Assembly (NCBI RefSeq): GCF_003334385.1
Contig: NZ_QOWN01000019.1
From: Escherichia coli
GTDB lineage: Bacteria; Pseudomonadota; Gammaproteobacteria; Enterobacterales; Enterobacteriaceae
Reading direction: 5' to 3' (one strand)
Length of the DNA stretch: 64,000 nucleotides
Made by a program: the position numbers and the translations under genes. The notes under the pieces are model-generated. The model was given only the letters and a program-made list of their open reading frames with translations, was not told the DNA's origin and made no database searches. Numbering within the stretch: position 1 is the first letter of the stretch; each line of letters begins with the position of its first letter. This document shows positions 45,101 to 56,885 of the stretch, one piece after another.

Positions 45101-45567
45101 TGAACAACATGATCTGGCATTACGACAAAGATCTGAGTGGCTACTCACTCGGTCAGGGCGGTTACTACAGTCCGCAGGAATACCTGTCGTTTGCCATACC
45201 GGTGATGTGGCGGGAGCGCACGGAAAACTGGTCGTGGGAGCTGGGTGCGTCTGGCTCGTGGTCGCATTCACGCACCAAAACCATGCCGCGTTATCCGCTG
45301 ATGAATCTGATCCCGACCGACTGGCAGGAAGAAGCTGCGCGGCAATCCAACGATGGCGGCAGCAGTCAGGGCTTCGGCTACACGGCGCGGGCATTACTTG
45401 AACGACGTGTTACTTCCAACTGGTTTGTTGGCACGGCAATTGATATCCAGCAGGCGAAAGATTACGCACCCAGCCATTTCCTGCTCTACGTACGTTATTC
45501 CGCCGCCGGATGGCAGGGTGACATGGATTTACCGCCGCAGCCGCTGATACCTTACGCCGACTGGTAA
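42094..45567 (+). CDS. bcsC: Cellulose synthase outer-membrane export subunit, TPR repeats plus C-terminal beta-barrel (1157 aa)
   Basis: Track ORF; overlaps bcsZ 3' end by 19 nt; C-terminal aromatic residue. Confidence 0.93.
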
Positions 45568-45648
45568 GTTTTCAGATAGCGCCTCTCTTAATGCCGCTGC
45601 GATCGGGTATACTCGGGCGGCAATCTGGGATTTCCGGGGGGAGACAAT

Positions 45649-47637
45649 TTGCGCGTAAGTCGCTCGTTAACAATCAAGCAGATGGCAATGGTGGCAGCCG
45701 TTGTCCTGGTGTTCGTTTTTATTTTTTGCACCGTTTTGCTGTTCCATCTGGTCCAGCAGAATCGCTATAACACGGCTACGCAACTGGAAAGCATTGCTCG
45801 CTCTGTCCGCGAACCCTTATCTTCAGCTATTTTGAAAGGCGATATTCCCGAAGCGGAAGCTATTCTTGCCAGCATTAAACCGGCAGGCGTGGTCAGCCGT
45901 GCCGATGTAGTGCTGCCTAACCAGTTCCAGGCGCTGCGTAAAAGTTTTATTCCAGAGCGCCCGGTGCCGGTAATGGTTACTCGCCTGTTTGAGCTACCGG
46001 TTCAAATCTCGCTGGGCGTTTACTCGCTCGAACGTCCGGCAAACCCGCAGCCAATTGCCTATCTGGTACTACAGGCGGATTCCTTCCGTATGTATAAGTT
46101 CGTGATGAGCACCCTCTCAACGTTAGTGAGCATTTACTTACTTTTGTCGCTTATCCTGACCGTCGCCATCAGCTGGTGCATTAACCGCCTGATTTTGCAT
46201 CCGTTACGCAATATTGCTCGCGAACTTAACGCCATCCCAGCCAAGGAGCTTGTTGGTCACCAACTGGCATTACCGCGTCTGCATCAGGACGATGAAATCG
46301 GTATGTTGGTGCGCAGTTACAACCTCAACCAGCAATTGCTGCAGCGCCATTATGAAGAACAGAACGAAAATGCGATGCGCTTCCCGGTGTCGGATTTGCC
46401 GAACAAAGCCTTGCTGATGGAGATGCTGGAGCAGGTTGTCGCGCGTAAACAAACCACCGCGCTGATGATCATCACCTGTGAAACCCTGCGTGATACTGCG
46501 GGCGTGCTGAAAGAGGCGCAACGAGAAATTCTGCTGCTGACGCTGGTGGAAAAACTCAAATCGGTACTGTCGCCACGTATGATCCTCGCGCAGATTAGCG
46601 GTTATGACTTTGCTGTCATTGCCAACGGTGTACAGGAACCGTGGCACGCAATCACCTTAGGTCAGCAAGTGCTCACTATCATGAGCGAGCGCCTGCCGAT
46701 TGAACGTATTCAACTCCGTCCGCACTGTAGCATTGGCGTGGCGATGTTCTACGGCGATCTCACCGCCGAACAGCTTTACAGTCGTGCTATTTCTGCGGCA
46801 TTTACCGCTCGCCATAAAGGCAAGAATCAGATTCAGTTCTTTGATCCGCAGCAGATGGAAGCCGCCCAGAAGCGGTTGACGGAAGAGAGCGATATCCTTA
46901 ATGCACTGGAAAATCATCAGTTTGCTATTTGGTTACAGCCACAGGTCGAGATGACCAGCGGTAAACTGGTCAGTGCGGAAGTGTTACTGCGTATCCAGCA
47001 ACCGGATGGCAGTTGGGACCTGCCGGATGGCTTAATCGATCGCATTGAGTGCTGTGGGCTGATGGTTACCGTCGGTCACTGGGTGCTGGAAGAGTCCTGT
47101 CGATTGCTTGCAGCCTGGCAAGAGCGCGGCATTATGCTGCCCTTGTCGGTAAACCTCTCTGCGCTGCAACTGATGCACCCGAATATGGTGGCGGATATGC
47201 TGGAACTGTTAACCCGCTATCGCATTCAGCCGGGAACACTGATTCTGGAAGTGACAGAAAGCCGACGTATTGACGACCCTCATGCTGCGGTGGCAATCCT
47301 CCGTCCGCTGCGCAATGCCGGAGTTCGGGTGGCGCTGGATGATTTCGGCATGGGCTACGCAGGGCTGCGTCAGCTGCAGCATATGAAATCGTTGCCAATC
47401 GACGTACTGAAAATCGACAAAATGTTTGTTGAAGGCTTGCCGGGAGATAGCAGCATGATTGCTGCAATTATCATGCTGGCGCAGAGCCTGAACTTACAAA
47501 TGATTGCCGAAGGCGTGGAGACTGAAGCACAACGCGACTGGCTGGCAAAAGCGGGCGTTGGTATTGCCCAGGGCTTCCTTTTTGCTCGCCCACTCCCTAT
47601 TGAAATCTTCGAAGAGAGTTACCTGGAAGAAAAGTAG
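45649..47637 (+). CDS. pdeK: c-di-GMP phosphodiesterase with transmembrane/HAMP region, degenerate GGDEF and EAL domains, TTG start
   Basis: Track ORF with TTG at 45649; EAL-domain motifs ([22 protein letters not shown]); exact start uncertain. Confidence 0.85.
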   Translation: MRVSRSLTIKQMAMVAAVVLVFVFIFCTVLLFHLVQQNRYNTATQLESIARSVREPLSSAILKGDIPEAEAILASIKPAGVVSRADVVLPNQFQALRKSFIPERPVPVMVTRLFELPVQISLGVYSLERPANPQPIAYLVLQADSFRMYKFVMSTLSTLVSIYLLLSLILTVAISWCINRLILHPLRNIARELNAIPAKELVGHQLALPRLHQDDEIGMLVRSYNLNQQLLQRHYEEQNENAMRFPVSDLPNKALLMEMLEQVVARKQTTALMIITCETLRDTAGVLKEAQREILLLTLVEKLKSVLSPRMILAQISGYDFAVIANGVQEPWHAITLGQQVLTIMSERLPIERIQLRPHCSIGVAMFYGDLTAEQLYSRAISAAFTARHKGKNQIQFFDPQQMEAAQKRLTEESDILNALENHQFAIWLQPQVEMTSGKLVSAEVLLRIQQPDGSWDLPDGLIDRIECCGLMVTVGHWVLEESCRLLAAWQERGIMLPLSVNLSALQLMHPNMVADMLELLTRYRIQPGTLILEVTESRRIDDPHAAVAILRPLRNAGVRVALDDFGMGYAGLRQLQHMKSLPIDVLKIDKMFVEGLPGDSSMIAAIIMLAQSLNLQMIAEGVETEAQRDWLAKAGVGIAQGFLFARPLPIEIFEESYLEEK

Positions 47638-47783
47638 CTACCCCAAACTGATTACAAAACTTTAAAAAGTGCTGGTTTGTGCGAGCCAGCTCAAACTTTT
47701 TAACCTTTTTGTTTCAATTATGATCCAGGTACATTTCTGTGATGTTGTCTGGGTGTTATTTTAAGGCCGCAGGTACCCCATAA

Positions 47784-49106
<1,323 letters not shown>

Positions 49107-49119
49107 TCTCATCACTTAT

Positions 49120-49207
49120 GCCCGCACTCCCTTCCCCGAGTGCGGGTGTTTGCGCATAATTGACCCCTGTGCCTGAACTTACCACCTGGGTGAGTTCAGG
49201 TTTATTT
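49120..49207 (+). terminator. Two tandem rho-independent terminators after dctA
   Basis: GCCCGCACTC...GAGTGCGGG + TGTTTG (49120-49152) and CCTGAACT...AGTTCAGG + TTTATTT (49172-49207). Confidence 0.75.
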
Positions 49208-49326
49208 CACTTCTTCCGTGACATTTTCATGTTCTTGCGGTCTAACACGAAGTGTTTTTAACGTCATTTAGACTGACCGACAACGGGCAGTTTTTTTATT
49301 ACCAGGATAGTTGATCAGGGGTTCAC

Positions 49327-50823
49327 ATGCAGGGCACAAAAATTCGACTTTTAGCGGGCGGTTTGCTGATGATGGCCACTGCTGGCTATGTGCAGGCAGA
49401 TGCGCTCCAGCCTGATCCAGCATGGCAACAGGGGACGCTTTCCAACGGTTTACAGTGGCAAGTGCTGACCACCCCCCAGCGTCCCAGCGATCGTGTTGAA
49501 ATTCGCCTGCTGGTTAATACCGGTTCGCTCGCCGAAAGTACACAACAGAGCGGTTACAGTCACGCCATCCCTCGTATTGCGCTAACGCAAAGCGGTGGCC
49601 TTGACGCAGCACAGGCGCGTTCATTGTGGCAGCAGGGGATCGACCCTAAACGCCCGATGCCGCCGGTAATTGTCTCTTATGACACCACGCTGTTTAATCT
49701 GAGTTTGCCCAATAACCGTAACGATTTGCTGAAAGAAGCGCTCTCTTATCTGGCAAATGCCACTGGCAAATTGACCATCACACCAGAAACCATCAACCAC
49801 GCGCTGCAAAGTCAGGACATGGTGGCAACCTGGCCTGCCGATACTAAAGAGGGCTGGTGGCGCTATCGTCTGAAAGGGTCAACCTTGTTAGGTCACGATC
49901 CTGCCGATCCGCTGAAACAACCCGTTGAAGCGGAAAAAATTAAAGATTTCTATCAGAAATGGTACACCCCGGATGCAATGACGCTACTGGTGGTGGGAAA
50001 CGTGGATGCGCGCTCGGTTGTCGACCAAATAAACAAAACGTTTGGCGAACTGAAAGGCAAACGTGAAACGCCAGCTCCGGTGCCGACGCTTTCTCCGCTG
50101 CGTGCGGAAGCGGTGAGTATTATGACTGACGCGGTGCGTCAGGACCGGTTATCTATCATGTGGGATACGCCGTGGCAGCCGATTCGTGAATCAGCCGCAC
50201 TGCTGCGCTACTGGCGTGCGGACCTGGCCCGCGAGGCGCTGTTCTGGCATGTTCAGCAAGCGTTAAGTGCCAGTAACAGCAAAGACATCGGTCTTGGATT
50301 TGACTGCCGTGTGCTGTATCTGCGTGCGCAGTGTGCCATCAACATCGAATCACCAAACGACAAGCTGAACAGCAACCTTAATCTGGTGGCGCGTGAACTG
50401 GCGAAGGTTCGCGATAAAGGTCTGCCGGAAGAAGAGTTCAATGCGTTAGTGGCGCAAAAGAAACTGGAGCTGCAGAAACTGTTTGCCGCCTATGCACGAG
50501 CTGATACCGATATTCTGATGGGTCAGCGGATGCGTTCGTTGCAAAATCAGGTTGTCGATATCGCGCCGGAGCAATATCAGAAACTGCGGCAGGATTTCCT
50601 TAATAGCCTGACGGTAGAGATGTTAAATCAGGATCTGCGTCAACAGTTGTCGAATGATATGGCGTTAATACTGCTGCAGCCGAAAGGCGAGCCGGAATTT
50701 AACATGAAAGCGTTGCAGGCGGTCTGGGATCAAATCATGGCCCCATCTACCGCCGCTGCGACCACCTCTGTCGCCACGGATGACGTACATCCTGAAGTGA
50801 CGGATATTCCACCTGCACAGTAA
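49327..50823 (+). CDS. yhjJ: Periplasmic M16-peptidase-like protein, probably non-catalytic (498 aa)
   Basis: Track ORF with signal peptide; M16 fold recalled; no intact HxxEH zinc motif noticed. Confidence 0.85.
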   Translation: MQGTKIRLLAGGLLMMATAGYVQADALQPDPAWQQGTLSNGLQWQVLTTPQRPSDRVEIRLLVNTGSLAESTQQSGYSHAIPRIALTQSGGLDAAQARSLWQQGIDPKRPMPPVIVSYDTTLFNLSLPNNRNDLLKEALSYLANATGKLTITPETINHALQSQDMVATWPADTKEGWWRYRLKGSTLLGHDPADPLKQPVEAEKIKDFYQKWYTPDAMTLLVVGNVDARSVVDQINKTFGELKGKRETPAPVPTLSPLRAEAVSIMTDAVRQDRLSIMWDTPWQPIRESAALLRYWRADLAREALFWHVQQALSASNSKDIGLGFDCRVLYLRAQCAINIESPNDKLNSNLNLVARELAKVRDKGLPEEEFNALVAQKKLELQKLFAAYARADTDILMGQRMRSLQNQVVDIAPEQYQKLRQDFLNSLTVEMLNQDLRQQLSNDMALILLQPKGEPEFNMKALQAVWDQIMAPSTAAATTSVATDDVHPEVTDIPPAQ

Positions 50824-50825
50824 TG

Positions 50826-50863
50826 CCTGATGGTGATGAGTTAGCACAACCATCAGGTATTTA
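50826..50863 (+). terminator. Hairpin terminator after yhjJ
   Basis: CCTGATGGT ... ACCATCAGG followed by TATTTA; a second hairpin GCTGGATA...TATCCAGC + CTTTTG follows at 50871-50906. Confidence 0.6.
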
Positions 50864-50918
50864 TGGATGAGCTGGATAGAGGGGTAACACTTTATCCAGC
50901 CTTTTGCATATGCTGCGT

Positions 50919-51848
50919 TTACGCTGGCATCGCCTCACGCGGGATAATCGCGCCGCGATACTGAATAACGGTACTTGCGGTCAGGTGCCCACGTTTCGCC
51001 GCGTCTTCCGCGCTGCCGCCTGTCAGACGTACCGCCAGATAACCGGCACTGAAAGAGTCGCCAGCTGCGGTGGTATCGATCACTTTTTCTTTCGGCAGTT
51101 TCACCGCCGGAACATCCACTAACCCTTCGCCAGCAATGGACACCAGGCAAGAATCCGCCCCGCGTTTCACCACCACTTCTTTCACGCCCGCGTTATGGGT
51201 GCGCGCAATGACGTCTTCCACCGGCTGTTGACCCCACAGCGCGTCTTCGTCGTCCAGCGTCAGGAAGGCGATATCCGTGCATTCCAGCATTTGTTGGTAC
51301 ACCTGCTGTGTCTCTTCTTTGCTGGCCCACAGGCGCGGACGATAGTTATTGTCGAAAATCACTTTTCCGCCGTTGGCGCGGCATTCGCGCAGCAGGGAAA
51401 GCAGCTTTTCGCGGCTGGTCGGGCTTAAGATCGCCAGGCTAATCCCGCTCAGGTAGAGATAATCGAAATTCGCCAGCTCTTCGCAAATCGCCGCAGACTG
51501 CTCACTCTCCAGCCAGAATTTGGCGGCGGCTTCGTTCCGCCAGTAGTAGAACGTACGCTCGCCGGTGCTGTCGGTTTCAATGTAGTAAAGGCCCGGCAGA
51601 CGGTTTTCCATCCGTTGGGTCAGGGAAGTATCAACGTTCTCGCCGTGCCAGGCGTCCAGCATCTGCTGGCTAAAACTGTCCGTTCCCAGCGCCGTTACGT
51701 AATGAACGGTTAATGCCGCAGGATCGACCTGACGGGCGATATAGACGGAAGTGTTCAGGGTATCGCCGCCGAAACCGCGCTTAACGTCCGCGCCTTTCTC
51801 GGAAAGCTCAATCATGCATTCGCCAATCACGGCAATCTTTTTGGACAT
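50919..51848 (-). CDS. kdgK: 2-dehydro-3-deoxygluconokinase (309 aa)
   Basis: Start MSKKIAVIGECMIEL (complement of 51846-51848); PfkB ribokinase-family motifs; track ORF extension to 52196 rejected. Confidence 0.9.
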   Translation of the reverse strand: MSKKIAVIGECMIELSEKGADVKRGFGGDTLNTSVYIARQVDPAALTVHYVTALGTDSFSQQMLDAWHGENVDTSLTQRMENRLPGLYYIETDSTGERTFYYWRNEAAAKFWLESEQSAAICEELANFDYLYLSGISLAILSPTSREKLLSLLRECRANGGKVIFDNNYRPRLWASKEETQQVYQQMLECTDIAFLTLDDEDALWGQQPVEDVIARTHNAGVKEVVVKRGADSCLVSIAGEGLVDVPAVKLPKEKVIDTTAAGDSFSAGYLAVRLTGGSAEDAAKRGHLTASTVIQYRGAIIPREAMPA

Positions 51849-51914
51849 AGTCGTGAACCTGATCTGTAAAAAATTAGCGTTAGTTTGCGCTGTGGTGGTT
51901 TGCTGGTCAACCAT

Positions 51915-51934
51915 ATTAAAACAGTGTTCCATTA
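51915..51934. promoter_or_regulatory. Candidate KdgR operator in the kdgK / pdeH divergent region
   Basis: Near-palindromic ATTAAAACAGTGTTCCATTA ~70 bp upstream of kdgK start, resembling the KdgR half-sites AAAAC / GTTTC as recalled. Confidence 0.35.
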
Positions 51935-52079
51935 TTTTTTTGAGCCAGAACGTATTCCTGAAAGATTCCGTTGTGGAGTGAGGAAATTTACCCCGGCCAG
52001 GCGGTAAAGTTCTGCCCTTACGCGCCGATAATCTTTGTCGAGTCCGGGCAGCATCACTTTTAAACACAGGACATCTTTG

Positions 52080-52847
52080 ATGATAAGGCAGGTTATCCAG
52101 CGAATAAGCAACCCTGAAGCAAGCATCGAGAGCTTGCAGGAACGGCGTTTTTGGTTGCAGTGTGAGCGTGCTTACACCTGGCAGCCGATCTATCAAACAT
52201 GCGGGCGGTTAATGGCCGTGGAGCTATTAACGGTGGTCACGCATCCCTTGAACCCTTCGCAACGCCTGCCGCCGGATCGCTATTTTACTGAAATCACCGT
52301 CAGCCATCGGATGGAGGTTGTGAAAGAGCAGATTGATTTGCTGGCGCAAAAAGCCGACTTCTTTATAGAGCACGGCCTGCTGGCATCGGTCAATATTGAT
52401 GGCCCTACGCTCATCGCCCTGCGTCAGCAACCAAAAATCCTGCGCCAGATTGAGCGTCTTCCCTGGCTGCGTTTCGAACTGGTGGAGCATATCCGTCTGC
52501 CGAAAGATTCAACCTTTGCCTCGATGTGTGAATTTGGCCCGCTGTGGCTGGATGATTTTGGTACCGGGATGGCAAATTTCTCTGCGCTAAGTGAAGTGCG
52601 TTATGACTACATCAAAATCGCGCGAGAACTGTTTGTGATGCTGCGTCAGTCGCCGGAAGGACGCACACTCTTTTCTCAGCTTTTACATCTAATGAATCGC
52701 TATTGTCGCGGGGTGATTGTCGAGGGCGTAGAAACGCCGGAAGAGTGGCGTGATGTTCAGAACTCGCCCGCATTCGCCGCACAAGGCTGGTTTCTTTCAC
52801 GCCCGGCACCGATAGAAACGCTGAATACGGCGGTTCTGGCGCTATAA
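52080..52847 (+). CDS. pdeH: EAL-domain c-di-GMP phosphodiesterase (255 aa)
   Basis: Start MIRQVIQRISNPEASIESLQ at 52080; stand-alone EAL domain. Confidence 0.9.
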   Translation: MIRQVIQRISNPEASIESLQERRFWLQCERAYTWQPIYQTCGRLMAVELLTVVTHPLNPSQRLPPDRYFTEITVSHRMEVVKEQIDLLAQKADFFIEHGLLASVNIDGPTLIALRQQPKILRQIERLPWLRFELVEHIRLPKDSTFASMCEFGPLWLDDFGTGMANFSALSEVRYDYIKIARELFVMLRQSPEGRTLFSQLLHLMNRYCRGVIVEGVETPEEWRDVQNSPAFAAQGWFLSRPAPIETLNTAVLAL

Positions 52848-52901
52848 GCTGCCTCATTTTCCGCCTGGCTGGACTATCTTTAGGACTGGCACAGGAAGAA
52901 T

Positions 52902-54971
52902 ATGAGGAAGCGAACGATGAGCAAGGCAGGCAAAATAACCGCTGCGATTTCAGGGGCTTTCTTGTTGTTGATTGTCGTGGCGATCATTTTGATTGCAACT
53001 TTTGACTGGAATCGACTCAAACCGACTATCAACCAGAAAGTCTCTGCGGAGTTGAATCGTCCGTTCGCTATCCGTGGCGATCTGGGCGTGGTGTGGGAGC
53101 GGCAAAAACAAGAAACTGGCTGGCGCAGCTGGGTGCCGTGGCCCCATGTACACGCGGAAGACATCATTCTTGGCAATCCACCGGATATTCCCGAAGTCAC
53201 GATGGTGCATTTGCCACGCGTAGAGGCAACGCTGGCCCCGCTGGCGCTGCTGACCAAAACGGTCTGGCTGCCGTGGATCAAGCTCGAAAAGCCCGACGCG
53301 CGCCTGATTCGCCTCTCTGAAAAGAACAATAACTGGACGTTTAATCTTGCCAACGATGATAACAAAGACGCGAATGCAAAGCCGTCGGCATGGTCGTTTC
53401 GGCTGGATAATATTCTTTTCGATCAAGGGCGGATCGCCATTGATGACAAAGTAAGCAAAGCGGATCTGGAGATTTTTGTTGATCCCTTAGGCAAGCCGCT
53501 GCCGTTCAGCGAAGTTACTGGATCGAAAGGTAAAGCGGATAAAGAAAAGGTGGGCGATTACGTTTTTGGCCTGAAGGCGCAGGGACGATATAACGGTGAA
53601 CCGCTCACGGGTACGGGAAAAATAGGCGGTATGCTGGCGCTGCGTGGCGAAGGGACGCCGTTTCCGGTACAGGCTGATTTCCGCTCTGGTAACACCCGTG
53701 TTGCTTTTGATGGCGTCGTGAATGACCCAATGGGCGGTGTCGATTTACGGCTTAAATTTTCTGGCGATTCACTGGGTGATCTCTATGAACTGACGGGCGT
53801 TCTGCTGCCCGATACCCCGCCGTTTGAAACGGATGGTCGGCTGGTAGCGAAAATCGACACTGAAAAATCGTCGGTCTTTGATTATCGCGGTTTTAATGGG
53901 CGAATTGGTGATAGCGATATCCACGGTTCTCTGGTCTACACCACCGGAAAGCCACGACCAAAACTGGAAGGTGATGTCGAGTCGCGGCAATTGCGGCTGG
54001 CGGACCTGGGACCGTTGATTGGCGTTGATTCCGGGAAAGGGGCAGAAAAGTCGAAACGGTCTGAACAGAAGAAGGGCGAAAAAAGCGTTCAGCCTGCGGG
54101 CAAAGTGCTGCCTTATGACCGCTTCGAAACCGATAAATGGGACGTTATGGATGCCGATGTTCGCTTCAAAGGGCGGCGCATTGAGCATGGCAGTAGCCTG
54201 CCGATTAGCGATCTTTCTACTCATATCATCCTCAAAAATGCTGACCTGCGCCTGCAACCGCTGAAATTTGGCATGGCGGGCGGCAGCATTGCGGCGAATA
54301 TTCATCTGGAAGGCGATAAAAAGCCGATGCAGGGGCGGGCAGATATTCAGGCTCGTCGACTGAAACTGAAAGAACTGATGCCCGATGTGGAACTGATGCA
54401 GAAGACGCTGGGGGAAATGAACGGTGACGCGGAACTACGCGGTAGCGGTAACTCGGTGGCGGCACTTTTAGGCAACAGTAACGGCAACCTGAAACTGTTG
54501 ATGAATGACGGGCTGGTGAGCCGCAACCTGATGGAGATTGTTGGGCTGAATGTCGGCAACTACATTGTCGGTGCGATATTTGGTGATGATGAGGTGCGGG
54601 TGAACTGCGCGGCGGCGAATCTGAATATTGCCAACGGCGTGGCGCGCCCGCAGATTTTTGCTTTCGATACTGAGAACGCGTTGATTAATGTTACCGGCAC
54701 GGCAAGTTTTGCTTCGGAACAGCTGGATTTGACTATTGATCCGGAGAGTAAAGGAATTCGGATTATCACACTGCGTTCGCCGCTGTATGTGCGGGGGACG
54801 TTTAAAAATCCGCAGGCTGGGGTGAAAGCCGGACCGCTGATTGCCCGTGGTGCTGTTGCTGCGGCACTGGCAACGCTGGTAACACCGGCGGCGGCGTTAC
54901 TGGCACTGATCTCACCTTCCGAAGGGGAGGCTAATCAGTGTCGGACGATTTTGTCGCAGATGAAGAAGTGA
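52902..54971 (+). CDS. yhjG: AsmA-family protein (N-terminal membrane anchor, large periplasmic domain)
   Basis: Track ORF; alternative ATG at 52917 (MSKAGKITAAI...). Confidence 0.85.
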   Translation: MRKRTMSKAGKITAAISGAFLLLIVVAIILIATFDWNRLKPTINQKVSAELNRPFAIRGDLGVVWERQKQETGWRSWVPWPHVHAEDIILGNPPDIPEVTMVHLPRVEATLAPLALLTKTVWLPWIKLEKPDARLIRLSEKNNNWTFNLANDDNKDANAKPSAWSFRLDNILFDQGRIAIDDKVSKADLEIFVDPLGKPLPFSEVTGSKGKADKEKVGDYVFGLKAQGRYNGEPLTGTGKIGGMLALRGEGTPFPVQADFRSGNTRVAFDGVVNDPMGGVDLRLKFSGDSLGDLYELTGVLLPDTPPFETDGRLVAKIDTEKSSVFDYRGFNGRIGDSDIHGSLVYTTGKPRPKLEGDVESRQLRLADLGPLIGVDSGKGAEKSKRSEQKKGEKSVQPAGKVLPYDRFETDKWDVMDADVRFKGRRIEHGSSLPISDLSTHIILKNADLRLQPLKFGMAGGSIAANIHLEGDKKPMQGRADIQARRLKLKELMPDVELMQKTLGEMNGDAELRGSGNSVAALLGNSNGNLKLLMNDGLVSRNLMEIVGLNVGNYIVGAIFGDDEVRVNCAAANLNIANGVARPQIFAFDTENALINVTGTASFASEQLDLTIDPESKGIRIITLRSPLYVRGTFKNPQAGVKAGPLIARGAVAAALATLVTPAAALLALISPSEGEANQCRTILSQMKK

Positions 54972-55043
54972 TGATAATTGCCGGATGTCTGACATCCGGC
55001 AATTAAACAGATTTAGATTGTTGGCAAAGTGTGCTTTGTTCAT

Positions 55044-55140
55044 GCCGGATGCGGCGTGAACGCCTTATCCGGCCTACAAATCCTTGCGAATTCAATATAT
55101 TGTATGGAAATTCAGGCCTGATAAGCGTAGCGCATCAGGC
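55044..55140. repeat. BIME / REP cluster between yhjG and yhjE
   Basis: GCCGGATGCGGCGTGAACGCCTTATCCGGCCTAC and GCCTGATAAGCGTAGCGCATCAGGC; preceded by palindrome GCCGGATGTC/TGACATCCGGC at 54980-55000. Confidence 0.85.
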
Positions 55141-55152
55141 TTTTCACTCTTA

Positions 55153-56475
55153 TTACAACGACTGATGTCGCGTCTCATGGGTCAGCAGCAGGGCGATTAA
55201 CGTCAAGCCAGCCATCGCCGCCAGATATAACCCCACCGCACCTAGCCCGTAGTTAGTCTGCAACCAGGCTGCGATATATGGCGCAACGGAAGCCCCGAGA
55301 ATCGACGCTACGTTGTAAGAGAACGATGCTCCGGTGTAACGCACTTCTGTCGGAAACAGCTCTGGTAACAGCGCACCCATTGGCCCGAAGGTCAGACCCA
55401 TCAGACTTAACCCCAGCAGCAGGAAGGCAAAAACCAGAATCGGGTTGCCAGAACCGAGCAGTGGGTTAAAGGCGAACAGCGCGAACAGGATGATCAGCGT
55501 GGTGATGATTACCATGCTTTTACGGCGACCAAAGGCATCAGCCAGTAATCCAGCGACTGGCACCATCACGCCAAAACCAATAACTGCCATCATCAACATC
55601 CACAACACTTCGTTACGCGGCAGGCCAAGCCCAACTGGCGCGGCGGCGGTACTAAAGGTCATAGAGTAGACCGTCATGATGTAAAACAGCGTATAGGTTG
55701 CCAGCATAATGAACGTACCCAGTACGGTTACGCGAACATGTTTGGTCAGCAGCGTACCCAGCGGGATCTTCACCTGTTTTTTCGCTTTAGCGACTTTCTC
55801 AAACACCGGCGACTCATGCAGCGACACGCGAACATACAGGCCGATAATGACCAGCACCGCCGAGAAGATAAATGGCACACGCCAGCCCCAGCTCATAAAC
55901 TGCTCGTCGGTCAGTAGCCAGGAAAGCAGCAAGAAAGTGCCATTGGCAAAGAAGAAGCCAATCGGTGCGCCCAGCTGCGGAAAGGAGCCATACAGTGCAC
56001 GTTTGCGCGGTGGGGCGTTTTCAGTCGCCAGCAGCGCCGCGCCGCCCCATTCACCGCCTAAGCCCAGACCCTGACCAAATCGAGCCAGCGCCAGCAGCAG
56101 CGGGGCGAAAATACCAATCGTGGCATAGCCCGGCAGCAGACCAATCACCACGGTCGAAATCCCCATCGTTAGCAACGAGGCGACCAGCGTCGCTTTACGC
56201 CCAACGCGATCGCCAAAATGACCAAAAACGGCAGAGCCAATGGGGCGCGCGACGAAGGCGATGGCGAAGGTGGCGAGCGACTGTAGCGTTGCTGCCGTAG
56301 GATCGCCCTGCGGGAAGAAGATATGCGGAAACACAATAACGGCCGCAGTGGCGTAAATGTAAAAGTCGAAGAACTCAATGGCTGTGCCAATGAGAGAGGC
56401 GACAAGGACTTTATTACGCGAGTTGATCGGCGTGTATTCTTGCTCGTGGTCGAGTGTTGTGGCTGTTGCTTGCAT
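55153..56475 (-). CDS. yhjE: MFS metabolite:H+ symporter-family transporter (440 aa)
   Basis: Track ORF; 12 predicted transmembrane helices. Confidence 0.88.
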   Translation of the reverse strand: MQATATTLDHEQEYTPINSRNKVLVASLIGTAIEFFDFYIYATAAVIVFPHIFFPQGDPTAATLQSLATFAIAFVARPIGSAVFGHFGDRVGRKATLVASLLTMGISTVVIGLLPGYATIGIFAPLLLALARFGQGLGLGGEWGGAALLATENAPPRKRALYGSFPQLGAPIGFFFANGTFLLLSWLLTDEQFMSWGWRVPFIFSAVLVIIGLYVRVSLHESPVFEKVAKAKKQVKIPLGTLLTKHVRVTVLGTFIMLATYTLFYIMTVYSMTFSTAAAPVGLGLPRNEVLWMLMMAVIGFGVMVPVAGLLADAFGRRKSMVIITTLIILFALFAFNPLLGSGNPILVFAFLLLGLSLMGLTFGPMGALLPELFPTEVRYTGASFSYNVASILGASVAPYIAAWLQTNYGLGAVGLYLAAMAGLTLIALLLTHETRHQSL

Positions 56476-56788
56476 AATCTTTTCTTATTTTTTGGCTAAC
56501 GAATAGCCATATTACGCACAGCAAAAGTGATATTTCAATGTGTAACAAATCGCGGAAATGGTCAAAAATCAGGCAAAAAGGGGATAATGTTTAGGCCAGT
56601 GATTTTTCTTCTATGAAATGCTTCACATAATTTTATAAATAGTGGATAAAACTGGTTTCAGGTTAAATAAAAGTTACCAACTGGATTTATATGCTGGGGT
56701 TATGAGTTGGAATGAAATTGTTTGCTCCCAAATAGATGGCTGAAGAGGCTCTGGGGACGAGTTTCAAGAGGTTATGTGCGCATTATAG

Positions 56789-56884
56789 CCGGATGCGATG
56801 CTGGCGCATCTTATCCGGCCTACGGGGAGCCAGGCCGAATAAAATCGTATGCCGGATAAGGCGTTTACGCCGCATCCGGCCTAT
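56789..56884. repeat. BIME: two REP elements between yhjE and yhjD
   Basis: GCCGGATGCGATGCTGGCGCATCTTATCCGGCCTAC and GCCGGATAAGGCGTTTACGCCGCATCCGGCCTAT. Confidence 0.85.
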
Positions 56885-56885
56885 T

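Noticed and set aside
31380-45567. The bcs cluster as a possible novel exopolysaccharide system
   Set aside because: Every gene matches the characterised E. coli cellulose synthesis and phosphoethanolamine-modification system; nothing extra is encoded
51849-52196. N-terminal extension of kdgK in the track (116 extra codons)
   Set aside because: The conserved kinase begins MSKKIAVIGE at 51848; the extension runs through the divergent pdeH promoter and start
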